The position numbers and the translations under genes were made by a program. Positions 48,283 to 60,980 of a DNA stretch of 64,000 bases are shown here, piece after piece. Source of the stretch: Macrostomum hystrix (taxonomy: Eukaryota; Animalia; Platyhelminthes). The DNA is taken from contig CATNEN010000027.1 of assembly GCA_950097015.1 (NCBI GenBank), positions 434,001 to 498,000 on the forward strand, written 5' to 3'. Each line of letters begins with the position of its first letter. Position 1 is the first letter of the stretch. Below the pieces are notes generated by a model, which worked only from the letters and a program-made list of their open reading frames with translations, ran no database searches and was not told the DNA's origin.

Positions 48283-51242
48283 TCAGTGCTGGGTCCATTG
48301 GATGCTCTTCAAATCGACGCCCTCCTGCACCATCTCCCAGAGCGGGCTGAGCTCTCGCAGGCGGCGCACCTGTCGAACGCACTTGTCAATAGTGAAGTCG
48401 ATCTCGGCCTCGGTGGTGAAGCGGCCGATGCCGAAGCGGATGCTGGAGTGGGCCAGGTCTTCGTCGGCTCCGATGGCGCGGAGAACATAGGACGGCTCCA
48501 GGCTGGCGGAGGTGCACGCGCTGCCGGAGGACAGGGCGACATCCTTCAGCGCCATTAGTAGCGACTCGCCTTCGACGCAGGCGAAGCTCAGATTGACGCA
48601 GCCAGGGTAGCAGCTGTCGCGGTCGCCGTTCACCACAACGTGACTGAGCTGGTTAACGAGGCCGTCGATCAATCGGCGAGACAGTCGGCCGACTCTCTCG
48701 GTGTCAAAGGCCATCTCTTTGCCAGCCAGCTGGCAGGCGGCTCCTAGGCCGACGGTCAGGAAGCTGGGCACGGTGCCAGACCGCAGGCCACGCTCTTGAC
48801 CGCCGCCGCTCTGCAACGGCTCCAGGCGAACCCGGGGGCGTCGACGAACGTATAGGGCGCCGACGCCTTTGGGGCCGTAGATTTTGTGCCCGGAGATTGA
48901 CATCAGGTCGATGCAGGCCGAATTGACATCCATCGGCACTTTGCCAACAGCCTGGGCGGCGTCAGTGTGGAAGAAGATGCCCTTGGAGCGGCACAGGGCG
49001 CCAATCTTTTCAATGGGCTGACGAACTCCGATCTCGTTGTTGACGGTCATGACGGAGACGAGCGCCGTGTCCGGCCGCATGGCTGCTTCGAGTCCAGCCA
49101 GGTCCAGCAGGCCGGAGGGCTTCACTGGCAGGTAGGTCACCTGAGGGGAGGGGACAGGTGGCGGCCAATCAGAACTGGCAACAGCTGGAGACAGTGGAGG
49201 GAGGACAGGCTGGTTACAAATTGACAACAAAGAAGGAACTGCGGCCAGGAAAGATTTATCAATAGGAACTGTGGACAGGAAAGATTTAGCAAAAGGAACT
49301 GTGGACAGGAAATATTTAGCAAAAGGAACTGTGGACAGGAAAGATTTAGCAAAAGGAACTGTTGACAGGAAAGATTTATCAAAAGGAACTGTGGACAGGA
49401 AAGATTTAGCAAAAGGAACTGTGGACAGGAAAGATTTAGCAAAAGGAACTGTGGACAGGAAAGATTTAGCAAAAGGAACTGTGGACAGGAAAGATTTAGC
49501 AAAAGGAACTGTGGACAGGAAAGATTTATCAAAAGGAACTGTGGACAGGAAAGATTTAGCAAAAGGAACTGTGGACAGGAAAGATTTAGCAAAAGGAACT
49601 GTGGACAGGAAAGATTTAGCAAAAGGAACTGTGGACAGGAAAGATTTAGCAAAAGGAACTGTGGACAGGAAAGATTTATAAAAAATTATGGACAGGAAAG
49701 GGCAGTCAGAAGGAACTGAGGACAGGAAAGGGCAGTCAGAAGGAACTGAGGACAGGAAAGGGCAGTCAGAAGGAACTGAGGACAGGAAAGGGCAGTCAGA
49801 AGGAACTGAGGACAGGAAAGGGCAGTCAGAAGGAACTGAGGACAGGAAAGGGCAGTCAGAAGGAACTGAGGACAGGAAAGGGCAGTCAGAAGGAACTGTG
49901 GACAGGAAAGGGCAGTCAGAAGGAACTGAGGACAGGAAAGGGCAGACAGAAGGAACTGATCTAGATCTTGCAACAGACAAAAAACAACTCGAGCACTCAC
50001 CTCGAAGCCCTCGGACTCAAGCGCACGACAGGAGTCGAGCACGCATTTGTGCTCAGTCTGGCTGGTGATGAGATGTCTCTTCCTGGATTTGTAGAATCTG
50101 GCCACACCCTTGATGGCGATATTGTTTGACTCCGTGGCGCCGCTAGTGAAGACAATCTCTTTGGGATCGGCGCCAATCAACTGGGCTACCTGGGAGCGAG
50201 CAGTCTCAACGGCGGCCTCGGTTTCCCAACCGTAGGCGTGAGAACGCGAATGCGGATTGCCAAACAGGCCGGTGCAGTAAGGCAGCATGGCGTCCAGCAC
50301 CCTGGGATCCATCGGTGTTGTGGCCTGCAATTTGAGTTACCTTCTGGAGTTAAAAACATGAAATTATGAGTATTTTCTGGGATTTAATTTTCTAACGAGC
50401 AGTGCCATACCTATTCCAACTACACTGGAATAAGAAGTGGATCTCGTTTTCAACTTCTATTTGGCACCCACTGCACAATCTGTTCTCCGTCTCCCAGGTC
50501 ACAATGTTTCGCAAGCTAATTTATGGTTTCAAAGTCTAAAAGAGGATAGTGCGTCTCAACTAAGGATAGCAGATTTCTTGTTCATTGACTGCTGTAGCAT
50601 GTTGATCACCTTCATTGTGCGGAATTCGCTTGTCAGTGGTAGAGGGTACGTGATTTATTGTCCCGTCCCAATGAGCTGCTCGACACGTGTTCTTGCTCCA
50701 GTAGGTCTGCTTACTGTCAGAATGCGATTCTTCATCTGGCTCGACTTTCACTGACCCCACCCTCCCGACCCGTCTTTTACCCTTCTGACCCTTCTGACCC
50801 ATCTCTGACCGTCCTGACCCATCTCTGATCAATTTCCGACCCTTCTGACCCTCCTGACCCAGCTCTAATCCTCTTGACCCATCTATGACCCTCCTGACCC
50901 ATATCTAACCCTCCTGACCTATCTCTGACCAATCTGACCCATCTAAGATTGTCCTGACCTATCGCTGAGAATCATATAGAAGCATTAAAATAATAACCAA
51001 TCAGCAAGTGGCACTTGCAAAGTAAAATAAAAATGAATATATTTCACTGCTTCACTGACCTGCAAATCCAAGTAAAGCGGTCGAAGTGGCGACTCGCCGG
51101 CAGTTGGGGCGGCGGCAGCTGTGGCCTCGCTGCTCAGAGCACGCTGACCGCTGTTGCACCTGAAGGCCGACTGACGGAGGAGCAGCAAGCCGCGGTGGCA
51201 GCCGCGGTTAATGACGGTTAAAAAGTTCAGCGATGAGGACAT
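48283..51242 (-). CDS. NFS1: Mitochondrial cysteine desulfurase; exons 51242-51060, 50324-50001, 49140-48283 (454 aa)
   Basis: [49 protein letters not shown] (PLP lysine), [29 protein letters not shown] (catalytic Cys), C-terminal SIQWTQH; presequence-like N-terminus; both introns phase 0 GT-AG. Confidence 0.98.
49235..49960. repeat. Two abutting 30-bp minisatellites in NFS1 intron 2 (AAAAGGAACTGTGGACAGGAAAGATTTAGC, then AGGAACTGAGGACAGGAAAGGGCAGTCAGA)
   Basis: Abrupt switch near 49685. Confidence 0.97.
50597..50950 (-). repeat. Dispersed repeat, right (inverted) copy in NFS1 intron 1
   Basis: Reverse complement of 46900-47385. Confidence 0.9.
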
Positions 51243-51304
51243 TTTGATGCAGAATAGCTAGAATCGAAAAGGCAGTACAAGGCATATTTATAGGCCATTT
51301 AGGC

Positions 51305-51600
51305 TCCTCAGATCCTTCAGGCTCCTATCTGATCCTTCAGGCTTCCTATCCGATACTTCAGGCTTCCTATCCGATCCTTCAGGCTTCCTATCCGATCCTT
51401 CAGGCTCCCTATCTGATCCTTCAGACTCCCTATCTGATCCTTCAGGCTCCCTATCTGATCCTTCAGACTCCCTATCTGATCCTTCAAGCTCCCAATCCGA
51501 TCCTTCAGGCTCCCAATCCGATCCTTCAGGCTCCTATCTGATCCTTCAGGCTCCATATCTGACCCTTTAAGCTCCCCATCTGATCCTTCAGGCTCCCCAT
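51305..51600. repeat. 21-bp minisatellite ATCCGATCCTTCAGGCTTCCT
   Basis: Tandem units just upstream of the NFS1 ATG. Confidence 0.93.
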
Positions 51601-52319
51601 ATGATTCCATAAGTCTCCGTGTCTATGAGATTGGAAATAAATGTAAGCTAGGTACACTTGAAAAAAGACAGAGTATAAGAGAAAATGATTGATTTGAAAT
51701 CGCACAGAGCAGCAAAATCAGACAGTTGGTTAGTTGATCGTGTTAGCTTTCAATAAATAGTAAAAGCTGTTATTGAATAATAATTTAGTGCACAGTCAAG
51801 CTATACTAGGCGAGAGTATATAGAACAATTTAATAACGGATTAGATCCGAAAGAGAACCTACTACTATAACTCATTAGTATTTGTATGCTACTTAATATG
51901 TACGACTATATATTATCAGATATACAGAAGAAAATAATAACAATTTATTCTTAATTGGCGCTTCAGCATTTCACTAATAACTGAAGAAAGAATTATAATC
52001 GCTTTTCAAATAAATACACACCGGTTGTGAATGTACAGTACATGGATAGATCAAATAAACAGTAAGTACAGATATTGCTTAAAGGCAAGATTTATTAAAT
52101 TTATAAATAGACACTAGCAGTAGTACTACTACGAGTACTTTAGATAGCACAGTATATACTGCACTACGTAACACTGGTACATTGTGTGAATGCCAATAAA
52201 CCCGACACCAAACTTACATTTTTTGTCTTCCAGGAAGACAGTATACGCAGAAATTGTTCCACTTTAACAATACGTGCTATACTAGAAGGCAGAGCAATAT
52301 TAATTGTCGCGTCTAAGGC

Positions 52320-54570
52320 GGTGGGATCTGAGGATCTAATAGTATCAGTGGGATCTGGGATCTAAAGATCTAATAGTATCAGTGGGATCTGAGGATCTAA
52401 TAGTATCAGTGGGATCTGAGGATCTAACAGTATCAGTGAGATCTGGGATCTGAGGATCTAATAGTATCAGTGGGATCTGGGATCTAATAGTATCAGTGGG
52501 ATCTGGGATCTAATAGTATCAGTGGGATCTGGGATCTGAGGATCTAATAGTATCAGTGGGATCTGGGATCTGAGGATCTAATAGTATCAGTGGGATCTGG
52601 GATCTGAGGATCTAATAGTATCAGTGGGATCTGGGATCTGAGGATCTAATAGTATCAGTGGGATCTGGGATCTGAGGATCTAATAGTATCAGTGGGATCT
52701 GGGATCTGAGGATCTAATAGTATCAGTGGGATCTGGGATCTGAGGATCGAATAGTATCAGTCGGATCTGGGATCTGAGGATCGAATAGTATCAGTGGGAT
52801 CTGAGGATCTAATAGTATCAGTGGGATCTGGGATCTAAAGATCTAATAGTATCAGTGGGATCTGAGGATCTAATAGTATCAGTGGGATCTGGGATCTGAG
52901 GATCTAATAGTATCAGTGGGATCTGGGATCTGAGGATCTAATAGTATCAGTGGGATCTGGGATCTGAGGATCTAATAGTATCAGTGGGATCTGGGATCTG
53001 AGGATCTAATAGCATCAGTGGGATCTGGGATCTGAGGATCTAATAGTATCAGTGGGATCTGGGATCTGAGGATCTAATAGCATCAGTGGGATCTGGGATC
53101 TGAGGATCTAATAGTATCAGTGGGATCTGGGATCTAAAGATCTAATAGTATCAGTGGGATCTGGGATCTGAGGATCTAATAGTATCAGTGGGATCTGGGA
53201 TCTGAGGATCTAATAGGATCAGTGGGATCTGGGATCTGAGGATCTAATAGTATCAGTGGGATCTGGGATCTGAGGATCTAATAGTATCAGTGAGATCTGG
53301 GATCTGAGGATCTAATAGTGTCAGTGGGATCTGGGATCTAAAGATCTAATAGTATCAGTGGGATCTGAGGATCTAATAGTATCAGTGGGATCTGGGATCT
53401 AAAGATCTAATAGTATCAGTGGGATCTGAGGATCTAATAGTATCAGTGGGATCTGGGATCTAAAGATCTAATAGTATCAGTGGGATCTGAGGATCTAATA
53501 GTATCAGTGGGATCTGGGATCTGAGGATCTAATAGTATCAGTGGGATCTGGGATCTAAAGATCTAATAGTATCAGTGGGATCTGGGATCTAATAGTATCA
53601 GTGGGATCTGGGATCTGAGGATCTAATAGGATCAGTGGGATCTGGGATCTGAGGATCTAATAGTATCAGTGGGATCTGGGATCTAAAGATCTAATAGTAT
53701 CAGTGGGATCTGAGGATCTAATAGTATCAGTGGGATCTGGGATCTAAAGATCTAATAGTATCAGTGGGATCTGAGGATCTAATAGTATCAGTGGGATCTG
53801 GGATCTGAGGATCTAATAGTATCAGTGGGATCTGGGATCTAAAGATCTAATAGTATCAGTGGGATCTGGGATCTAATAGTATCAGTGGGATCTGGGATCT
53901 GAGGATCTAATAGGATCAGTGGGATCTGGGATCTGAGGATCTAATAGTATCAGTGGGATCTGGGATCTGAGGATCTAATAATCAGTGAGATCTGGGATCT
54001 GAGGATCTAATAGTATCAGTGGGATCTGGGATCTAAAGATCTAATAGTATCAGTGGGATCTGAGGATCTAATAGGATCAGTGGGATCTGGGATCTGAGGA
54101 TCTAATAGTATCAGTGGGATCTGGGATCTGAGGATCTAATAGCATCAGTGGGATCTGGGATCTGAGGATCTAATAGTATCAGTGGGATCTGGGATCTAAA
54201 GATCTAATAGTATCAGTGGGATCTGAGGATCTAATAGTATCAGTGGGATCTGGGATCTAAAGATCTAATAGTATCAGTGGGATCTGAGGATCTAATAGTA
54301 TCAGTGGGATCTGGGATCTGAGGATCTAATAGTATCAGTGGGATCTGGGATCTAAAGATCTAATAGTATCAGTGGGATCTGGGATCTGAGGATCTAATAG
54401 TATCAGTGGGATCTGGGATCTGAGGATCTAATAGTATCAGTGGGATCTGGGATCTGAGGATCTAATAGTATCAGTGGGATCTGGGATCTGAGGATCTAAT
54501 AGTATCAGTGGGATCTGGGATCTAAAGATCTAATAGTATCAGTGGGATCTGGGATCTGAGGATCTAATGG
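52320..54570. repeat. 27/34-bp minisatellite AGTGGGATCTGGGATCTGAGGATCTAATAGTATC
   Basis: Tandem units with optional 7-bp GGGATCT module. Confidence 0.98.
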
Positions 54571-54682
54571 TATCAGGGTATTATCGGGATCTGGGAATAT
54601 TGGAGACAAGGAGAATGCAGGGCACAAGCATGAGCACAGAGTACTGCACAGTTTAGCTTTATGCTCAACCTCATGAGTTCAG

Positions 54683-57600
54683 CTACTCTCCCAAACTGGC
54701 GGATCCGCCCTCCTGCTCAGCGACCTTGGCCTCGGCATTCTCGCTGGGTAAGAGCAGCAGCTGCCGCAGTGAGCGCAGGCCGGCGGGGCTGACGCGGACC
54801 GTCAGGGCGACGCAGTGGGTCTCGCGGCGAGTGGCATCCCGCATCGCAGTCGGCAGGTCGCGCAGATGCCGCAGCGAGCTGACGCCGCTATAGCCGTGGT
54901 CGGATTCGAATTCCCACAGGCCGTCTCTCAGCATCTCCTGGCCGTGCGGCCGGCCCAGATAGAAGATCCGGCTGTCAACAATGGATGTTAAAGGTCTGGA
55001 AGGACCGAGGCTCTCCAGTGCGGACACCACAGTCCACTGGTTAACAGCCGGGCAATAGTACTCGGCAAATGAGTACGGACTCTCCGATGAGTCCGGGGTG
55101 CCGCCAAACACGAATACTCGGCTGGAGACCAGGTGCATGCTGTGCCCGAATCTATTGCGGTTCATGTCGGCCAGGCGGACAAACACCATGTGCCTGGTGT
55201 CATACCTGTTGGCGCACCGTTGACAGGGCTAATTATGATTAATAGACTGTACTGTACAACTGGCCGTGCGGCCGGCTGGGAAGCTGAGCAACTGGGAAGA
55301 TGGGATCTGAGCTAATGGGAAGATGGGACCTGAGGAACTGGAAAGATGGGATCTGAGCAACCGGGAAGATGGGATCTGAGGAACTGGAAAGATGGGATCT
55401 GAGCAACTGGAAAGATGGGATCTGAGCAACTGGAAAGATGGGATCTGAGCAACTGGAAAGATGGGATCTGAGCAACTGGAAAGATGGGATCTGAGCAACT
55501 GGGAAGATGGGATTTGAGCAACTGGGAGGATGGGATCTAACCAGCTGGAAAGATGGGATCTGAGCAACTGGGAAGATGGGATTTGAGCAACTGGGAGGAT
55601 GGGATCTAACCAGCTGGAAAGATGGGATCTGAGCAACTGGAAAGATGGGATCTAACCAACTGGAAAGATGGGATCTGAGCAACTGGGAGGATGGGATCTG
55701 AGCAACTGGGAGGATGGGATCTGAGGAACTGGAAAGATGGGATCTGAGTAACTGGAAAGATGGGATCTGAGGAACTGGAAAGATGGGATCTGAGGAACTG
55801 GAAAGATGGGATCTGAGCAACTGGGAAGATGGGATTTGAGCAACTGGGAGGATGGGATCTAACCAGCTGGAAAGATGGGATCCGAGCAACTGGGAGGATA
55901 GCGATCAACTGGTAATGAGACTGACATATCGATCACAGATAATCACCTGTACAGGCAGTTAAGAGCAGGTCGCGGGTAGCCCTCTTCGTCGCTGTTGGTC
56001 CGGCCACCGGACAGCAGGACGTAGCGCGGCGCGTCGTTTTCATCGACAGAGTCAGGCTGGTCGCTGATTGCCGCGTTGGCACCGTCTGGTCTGTCATCCG
56101 AAGACACTATCAGAGCCGACGAAGGAGCAGCTAGAACTGCGTGCTCGCTCATTGGCTGCGGCAGTAGCACCGGCTTCTGGATGAGTGATAGGAGTTAGAT
56201 AGAATATGAACACATCGCCAGGGCGCTTCAATGAATTTTTAGTTCGATTTCAGCCTTTCCAAGGCACCCCTGCCAGTCAGTTGCAAAGGAATCTGTTTCC
56301 CCTATCAGTTGGTTGCCAAGGACCCTTTTTATCTGTCATTTAGTTAAAAAGCAAAGATTATAGCCTGTCAGTCGATTGTAAAGGGCCTAAAAAGCAACAA
56401 TTTTTTATTGCTAGATGGTTGACAAGGGACACTATTCACCTGTCAGTTGGTTGACAAGGGACACTATTCACCTGTCAGTTGGTTGACAAGGGACACTATT
56501 CACCTGTCAGTTGGTTGACAAGGGACACTATTCACCTGTCGGTTGGTTGACAAGGGACACTATTCACCTGTCGGTTGGATGCCAAGGGACCCTTTTCACC
56601 TGTTAATTTGTTGCCAAGGGGGACCCTTTTCACCTGTCAGTTGGTTGCCAAGGGACATATTTAACCTGACAACAGATAATCACCATACAAAGCCTGTCTT
56701 ACCTTTACCCCTTCAGTAGACTTCAACGGCAAGAACTCGTGCTCCCACTTCATGGAGCCATTAGGATTAAAATCCAGCACAAATACAAGATCTCTGATGG
56801 TCATGCGACAGTCGCGACCGCCAAACGCGTAGAGTCGACTGCCCAGGCAGAGCATTCTGAAGCCAATCAGCGAGTCTGGCACACCCCTGTACCGCAGGAC
56901 AGGCAACACACCGGCCAGATCAATAGCATAAAGACTAGAAGGCTCGGGCATAGATACAAAGCTGAACATGACGTTCATCACTGTCTCGTGCAGGAATAGA
57001 ACGCAGCCGCCGCCGCCGATGCAGCACTGCAATTCCACCGTGCGATGCTTGAACTCCGGGGCGTCGAATTGTTCGCAGTGCAACGTCTGGGTCTGATGGG
57101 GTTGCTGCTGCTCCTGCTGCTGATTGGACTCCAACGGATCGACGAAAAATAGAGACAGACAGGCACCCTGCAGTGGCAATGAATAATTGCCATTAGAAAA
57201 TAAAACCTTATATATGCCCATGAGAGATCCCAGTCATCAGTTGTGAATTCCCAGATATGGATTTTGAATTCCTAGATATGGGTTTTGAATTCCCAGATAT
57301 GGGTTTTGAATTCCTAGATATGGGTTTTGAATTCCCAGATATGGGTTTTGAATTCCTAGATATGGGTTTTGAATTCCCAGATATGGATTTTGAATTCCCA
57401 GATATGGATTTTGAATTCCTAGATATGGGTTTTGAATTCCCAGATATGGGTTTTGAATTCCTAGATATGGGTTTTGAATTCCCAGATATGGGTTTTGAAT
57501 TCCTAGATATGGGTTTTGAATTCCCAGATATGGATTTTGAATTCCCAGATATGGGTTGTGAACTCATAGATATGGGTTGTGAACTCCTAGATATGGGTTT

Positions 57601-60351
57601 TGAATTCCCAGATATGGATTTTGAATTCCCAGATATGGGTTTTGAATTCCCAGATATGGATTTTGAATTCCCAGATATGGGTTTTGAATTCCTAGATATG
57701 GGTTTTGAATTCCTAGATATGGATTTTGAATTCCCAGATATGGGTTGTAAATTCCTATATATGGGTTGTGAACTCCTAGATATGGGTTGTGAACTCCTAG
57801 ATATGGGTTGTGAACTCCTAGATATGGGTTGTGAACTCCTAGATATGGGTTGTGAACTCCTAGATATGGGTTGTGAACTCCTAGATATTGGGTTGTGAAC
57901 TCCTAGATATGGGTTGTGAACTCCTAGATATTGGGTTGTGAACTCCTAGATATGGGTTGTGAACTCCTAGATATTGGGTTGTGAACTCCTAGATATGGGT
58001 TGTGAACTCCTAGATATGGATTTTGAATTCCCAGATATGGGTTGTGAACTCCTAGGTATGGGTTGTGAACTCCTAGATATGGGTTGTGAACTCCTAGACA
58101 TGGGTTGTGAACTCCTAGATATGGGTTGTGAACTCCTAGATATGGGTTGTGAACTCCTAGATATGGGTTGTGAACTCCTAGATATGGGTTGTGAACTCCT
58201 AGATATGGGTTGTGAACTCCTAGATATGGGTTGTGAACTCCTTGAAACCGACTCTAAATCTCTAAGTATCAGTATTGATTTGTAACTCACTAGAAAAAAA
58301 ACAGTGGAGCAAAAGTAGGCAAAAATCTACCTGTATATCTGGTCCAGAGATGAACAGCATTCTCTCCTGACAGTTCCTGGGCATCAGCAGGTGCTCGGGC
58401 GCAGCTCGGGCAGTCATCAGGTCCAGCCGGCGGAACACATTGTTCATAGGCGGCTGGGCAGGCAGAGAGCCGGGAAAGCCGCAGGCGGCGGCCAGAGTTC
58501 GAAACTTGGTGAGACAATCTGGGCCCAGGTAGAGCTGGCGCACGCAGGCTAGCAGGCTGATTCGCTGATCAGAGGTTGCCGAGTCCCTCCTGGCTGCGCT
58601 GATTCGTTGCTCGTCGATCCAACGGCTGCAGACGTCGAGTACGCGATCCTCGCCTGAGACGGACAAGTCGGGCCTGTTGAGCACTCGAATGAGGCGATCG
58701 AATGAGAACTTCACAACCCGATTGGCGTCCCTCCAGCTCTCCAGGCACACCTGGAATGAAAAATAGCTAGGGATAAGTGCTATTTATAGCATAATATATC
58801 TAAAATGAAGGGAAAATTCTGGCCTCATGAAAATAAATTGATTAGATTGATTGATTGATTGTGAGAATAAATTATTTTGTTGTTCTTTAGCAAGGAAATC
58901 TAGAATCCTAGAAAAACCCAAATCCTAGGAAATCCTAAATCCCAGAAAACCCCAAATTCCTAGGAAATCTAGAATCCTTTGAAACCCCCGATTTCTAGGA
59001 AATCTAGAGTCCTAGGAAACCCTTGATTTCTAGGAAATCTAGAATCCTAGGAAACCCTTAAATCCTAGGAAATCTAGAATCCTAGGAAACCCTTAAATCC
59101 TAGGAAATCTAGAATCCTAGAAAAACCCCAAATCCTAGGAAATCTAGAATCCTAGAAAAACCCAAATCCTAGGAAATCTAGAATCCTAGGAAACCCTTGA
59201 TTTCTAGGAAATCTAGAATCCTAGGAAACCCTTAAATCCTAGGAAATCTAGAATCCTAGAAAAACCCCAAATCCTAGGAAATCCTAAATCCCAGAAAACC
59301 CCAAATTCCTAGGAAATCTAGAATCCTAGAAAAACCCAAATCCTAGGAAATCTAGAATCCTAGAAAAACCCTAAAATCCTAGGTAATCTAGAATCCCAGA
59401 AAACCCAAAATCTAAGGAAACCTAGAATCCTATAAAACCCCAAATCTAAGGAATCGTAGAATCCTATAAACCCAAAATCATAGGAAATCTAGAATCCGAG
59501 AAAACCCTTTAAATCCTGGGCAATCTAAAATCCCAGAAAACCCAAATCCTAGGAAACCTTAGGTCAAGTGCGCGAGGCCTAGCCAGTTGATCCGCCCTTC
59601 CTACAACAATAACTTCCGAGAAAATTCACAAATTTAATCTACAAGATTGAAAAATACAAATGACACTTCGACATTCTAAACAACCAAAATAGCTTATCTT
59701 TGGCCAATATTCAGTAGTCAATAAGCAGTCTATAAGTCTCAATCGATGAGCACACAGTTGCTATTAAACGAAAATGCATCTCACCTCCCGATTGAGTCTA
59801 TCCATAAAATCAGTCCAGTTGAACTTCTCAAAAGTCTGATAGGAGGCATCCAATTCTGCCAGGCTAAAGTGACGCAGCATGAATCTCTGGCAGTGCCTGG
59901 TGACCGCAGGCAGACTAAGAAAATTGGCCACATCGGCCACTTCTAACACGCTATTGTTGTCCAACTGACCAACTGTTCCGTACAGCAGATCGATACAATA
60001 GGCCGCGTGCTCAGCTCTCAAGTGGCTGAGATCCACTCGACGTTCCCGACGCTCCCGCATGTCCACAGACAGCATGGTGCGAAAGAAGTCGCTAAACACT
60101 CGCATAACGCTGGAGTGGACACTAAGGATCCTGCCATCGTCAAGCAGAAGGTCGAGATCGGTCTGGCGTTGCTGCTGCTGCTGATGATGATGATGAGCGG
60201 ATAACTCAGCGATAGACTCAGCGCGTTCTGCTCGCAGGCCAGCAAGCAACTCCAGGCCAATTAGGCGGGCAGTCTCTTCGCTGGCAGTTTCTGAATGAGT
60301 AGTGCTGTTGTTGTTGTTGTTATTGTTGTTACTGCTGCGGCTGCCGTCCAT
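54683..60351 (-). CDS. BTB-BACK-Kelch protein; exons 60351-59785, 58750-58331, 57167-56703, 56176-55947, 55205-54683 (about 734 aa)
   Basis: BTB (TDLDLLLDDGRILSVHSSVMRVFSDFFRTML..MRE), BACK (LNRPDLSVSGEDRVLDVCSRWI, LLACVR), Kelch repeats (RLYAFGG, YVLLSGG, LADMNRNRFGH..VFVFGG..AEYYCPAVNQWT); all splice phases consistent. Confidence 0.92.
55290..55900. repeat. 23-bp minisatellite GGGATCTGAGCAACTGGAAAGAT
   Basis: Tandem units in Kelch intron 4. Confidence 0.96.
56420..56655. repeat. 32-bp minisatellite GTTGGTTGACAAGGGACACTATTCACCTGTCA
   Basis: Tandem units in Kelch intron 3. Confidence 0.93.
57255..58245. repeat. 21-bp minisatellite GATATGGGTTTTGAATTCCCA / GATATGGGTTGTGAACTCCTA
   Basis: Tandem units in Kelch intron 2. 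Confidence 0.97.
58880..59560. repeat. About 32-bp minisatellite AATCCTAGGAAATCTAGAATCCTAGAAAACCC
   Basis: Tandem units in Kelch intron 1. Confidence 0.93.
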
Positions 60352-60539
60352 TTGGGAGGTGCCGCTGGTTGAGCGGAATCAACCGAATTGGCGACTATTG
60401 GCTGAAGTTGTTTACATTATGGTTTAGCTCAAACTAACGACTGTGGGGATCTGGAAGGCTCTGCGAGGGTGGAAACTCAAGCTTGAGGATTTTATGCCAA
60501 TTAATTAGAGATTGTTAAATTTAATGACATGCGATGGTC

Positions 60540-60980
60540 CTAATCCCGAGTTGAGGATTTGAGATTGTAATAGAATAGTCTTAATCCCTAATTGAGGATG
60601 TGAAAGGGTCTTAACCCTGAATTGAGGATTAAAGCATTTGAGAATCAAAGAGAGTCTAAATCCCTGATTGAGGATCTGAAAGGGTCTTAACCCGAAATTG
60701 AGGAATAAAGTATTAGAGAAGCAAAGAGAGTCTAAATCCCTGATTGAGGATTTGAGGATTAAAGAGTCTACATCCGGAATCGAGAAACTGAAATGGACTC
60801 AATCCTGATTTGAGGATTTGAGCATCAAAGAGAGTCTAAATCCTTGATTGAGGATCTGAAAGGGCCTCAATCCTGATTTGAGGATTTGAGCATCAGAGCC
60901 TAAATCCAAATTCGAGGATCTGAGAAGGTCTATATCCCGAATTGAGGATTTGAGGATCTAAGAAATCCCACATTGAGAAT
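60540..60980. repeat. Degenerate array with an AATCCCGAATTGAGGAT core
   Basis: Recurrent TTGAGGAT motif upstream of the Kelch ATG. Confidence 0.75.

Noticed and set aside
49141-50000. In-frame retention of NFS1 intron 2 (both flanking ORFs run far into it)
   Set aside because: Intron length 860 is not a multiple of 3; the open frames are a by-product of stop-free 30-bp units.
12726-58285. Long periodic ORFs in the track (for example 12726-13699, 17192-18069, 18549-19355, 30623-31352, 36998-38845, 39665-41665, 42175-43406, 57208-58290) as repeat proteins
   Set aside because: They coincide exactly with minisatellites, are open on several frames and strands, and lie in introns or spacers.
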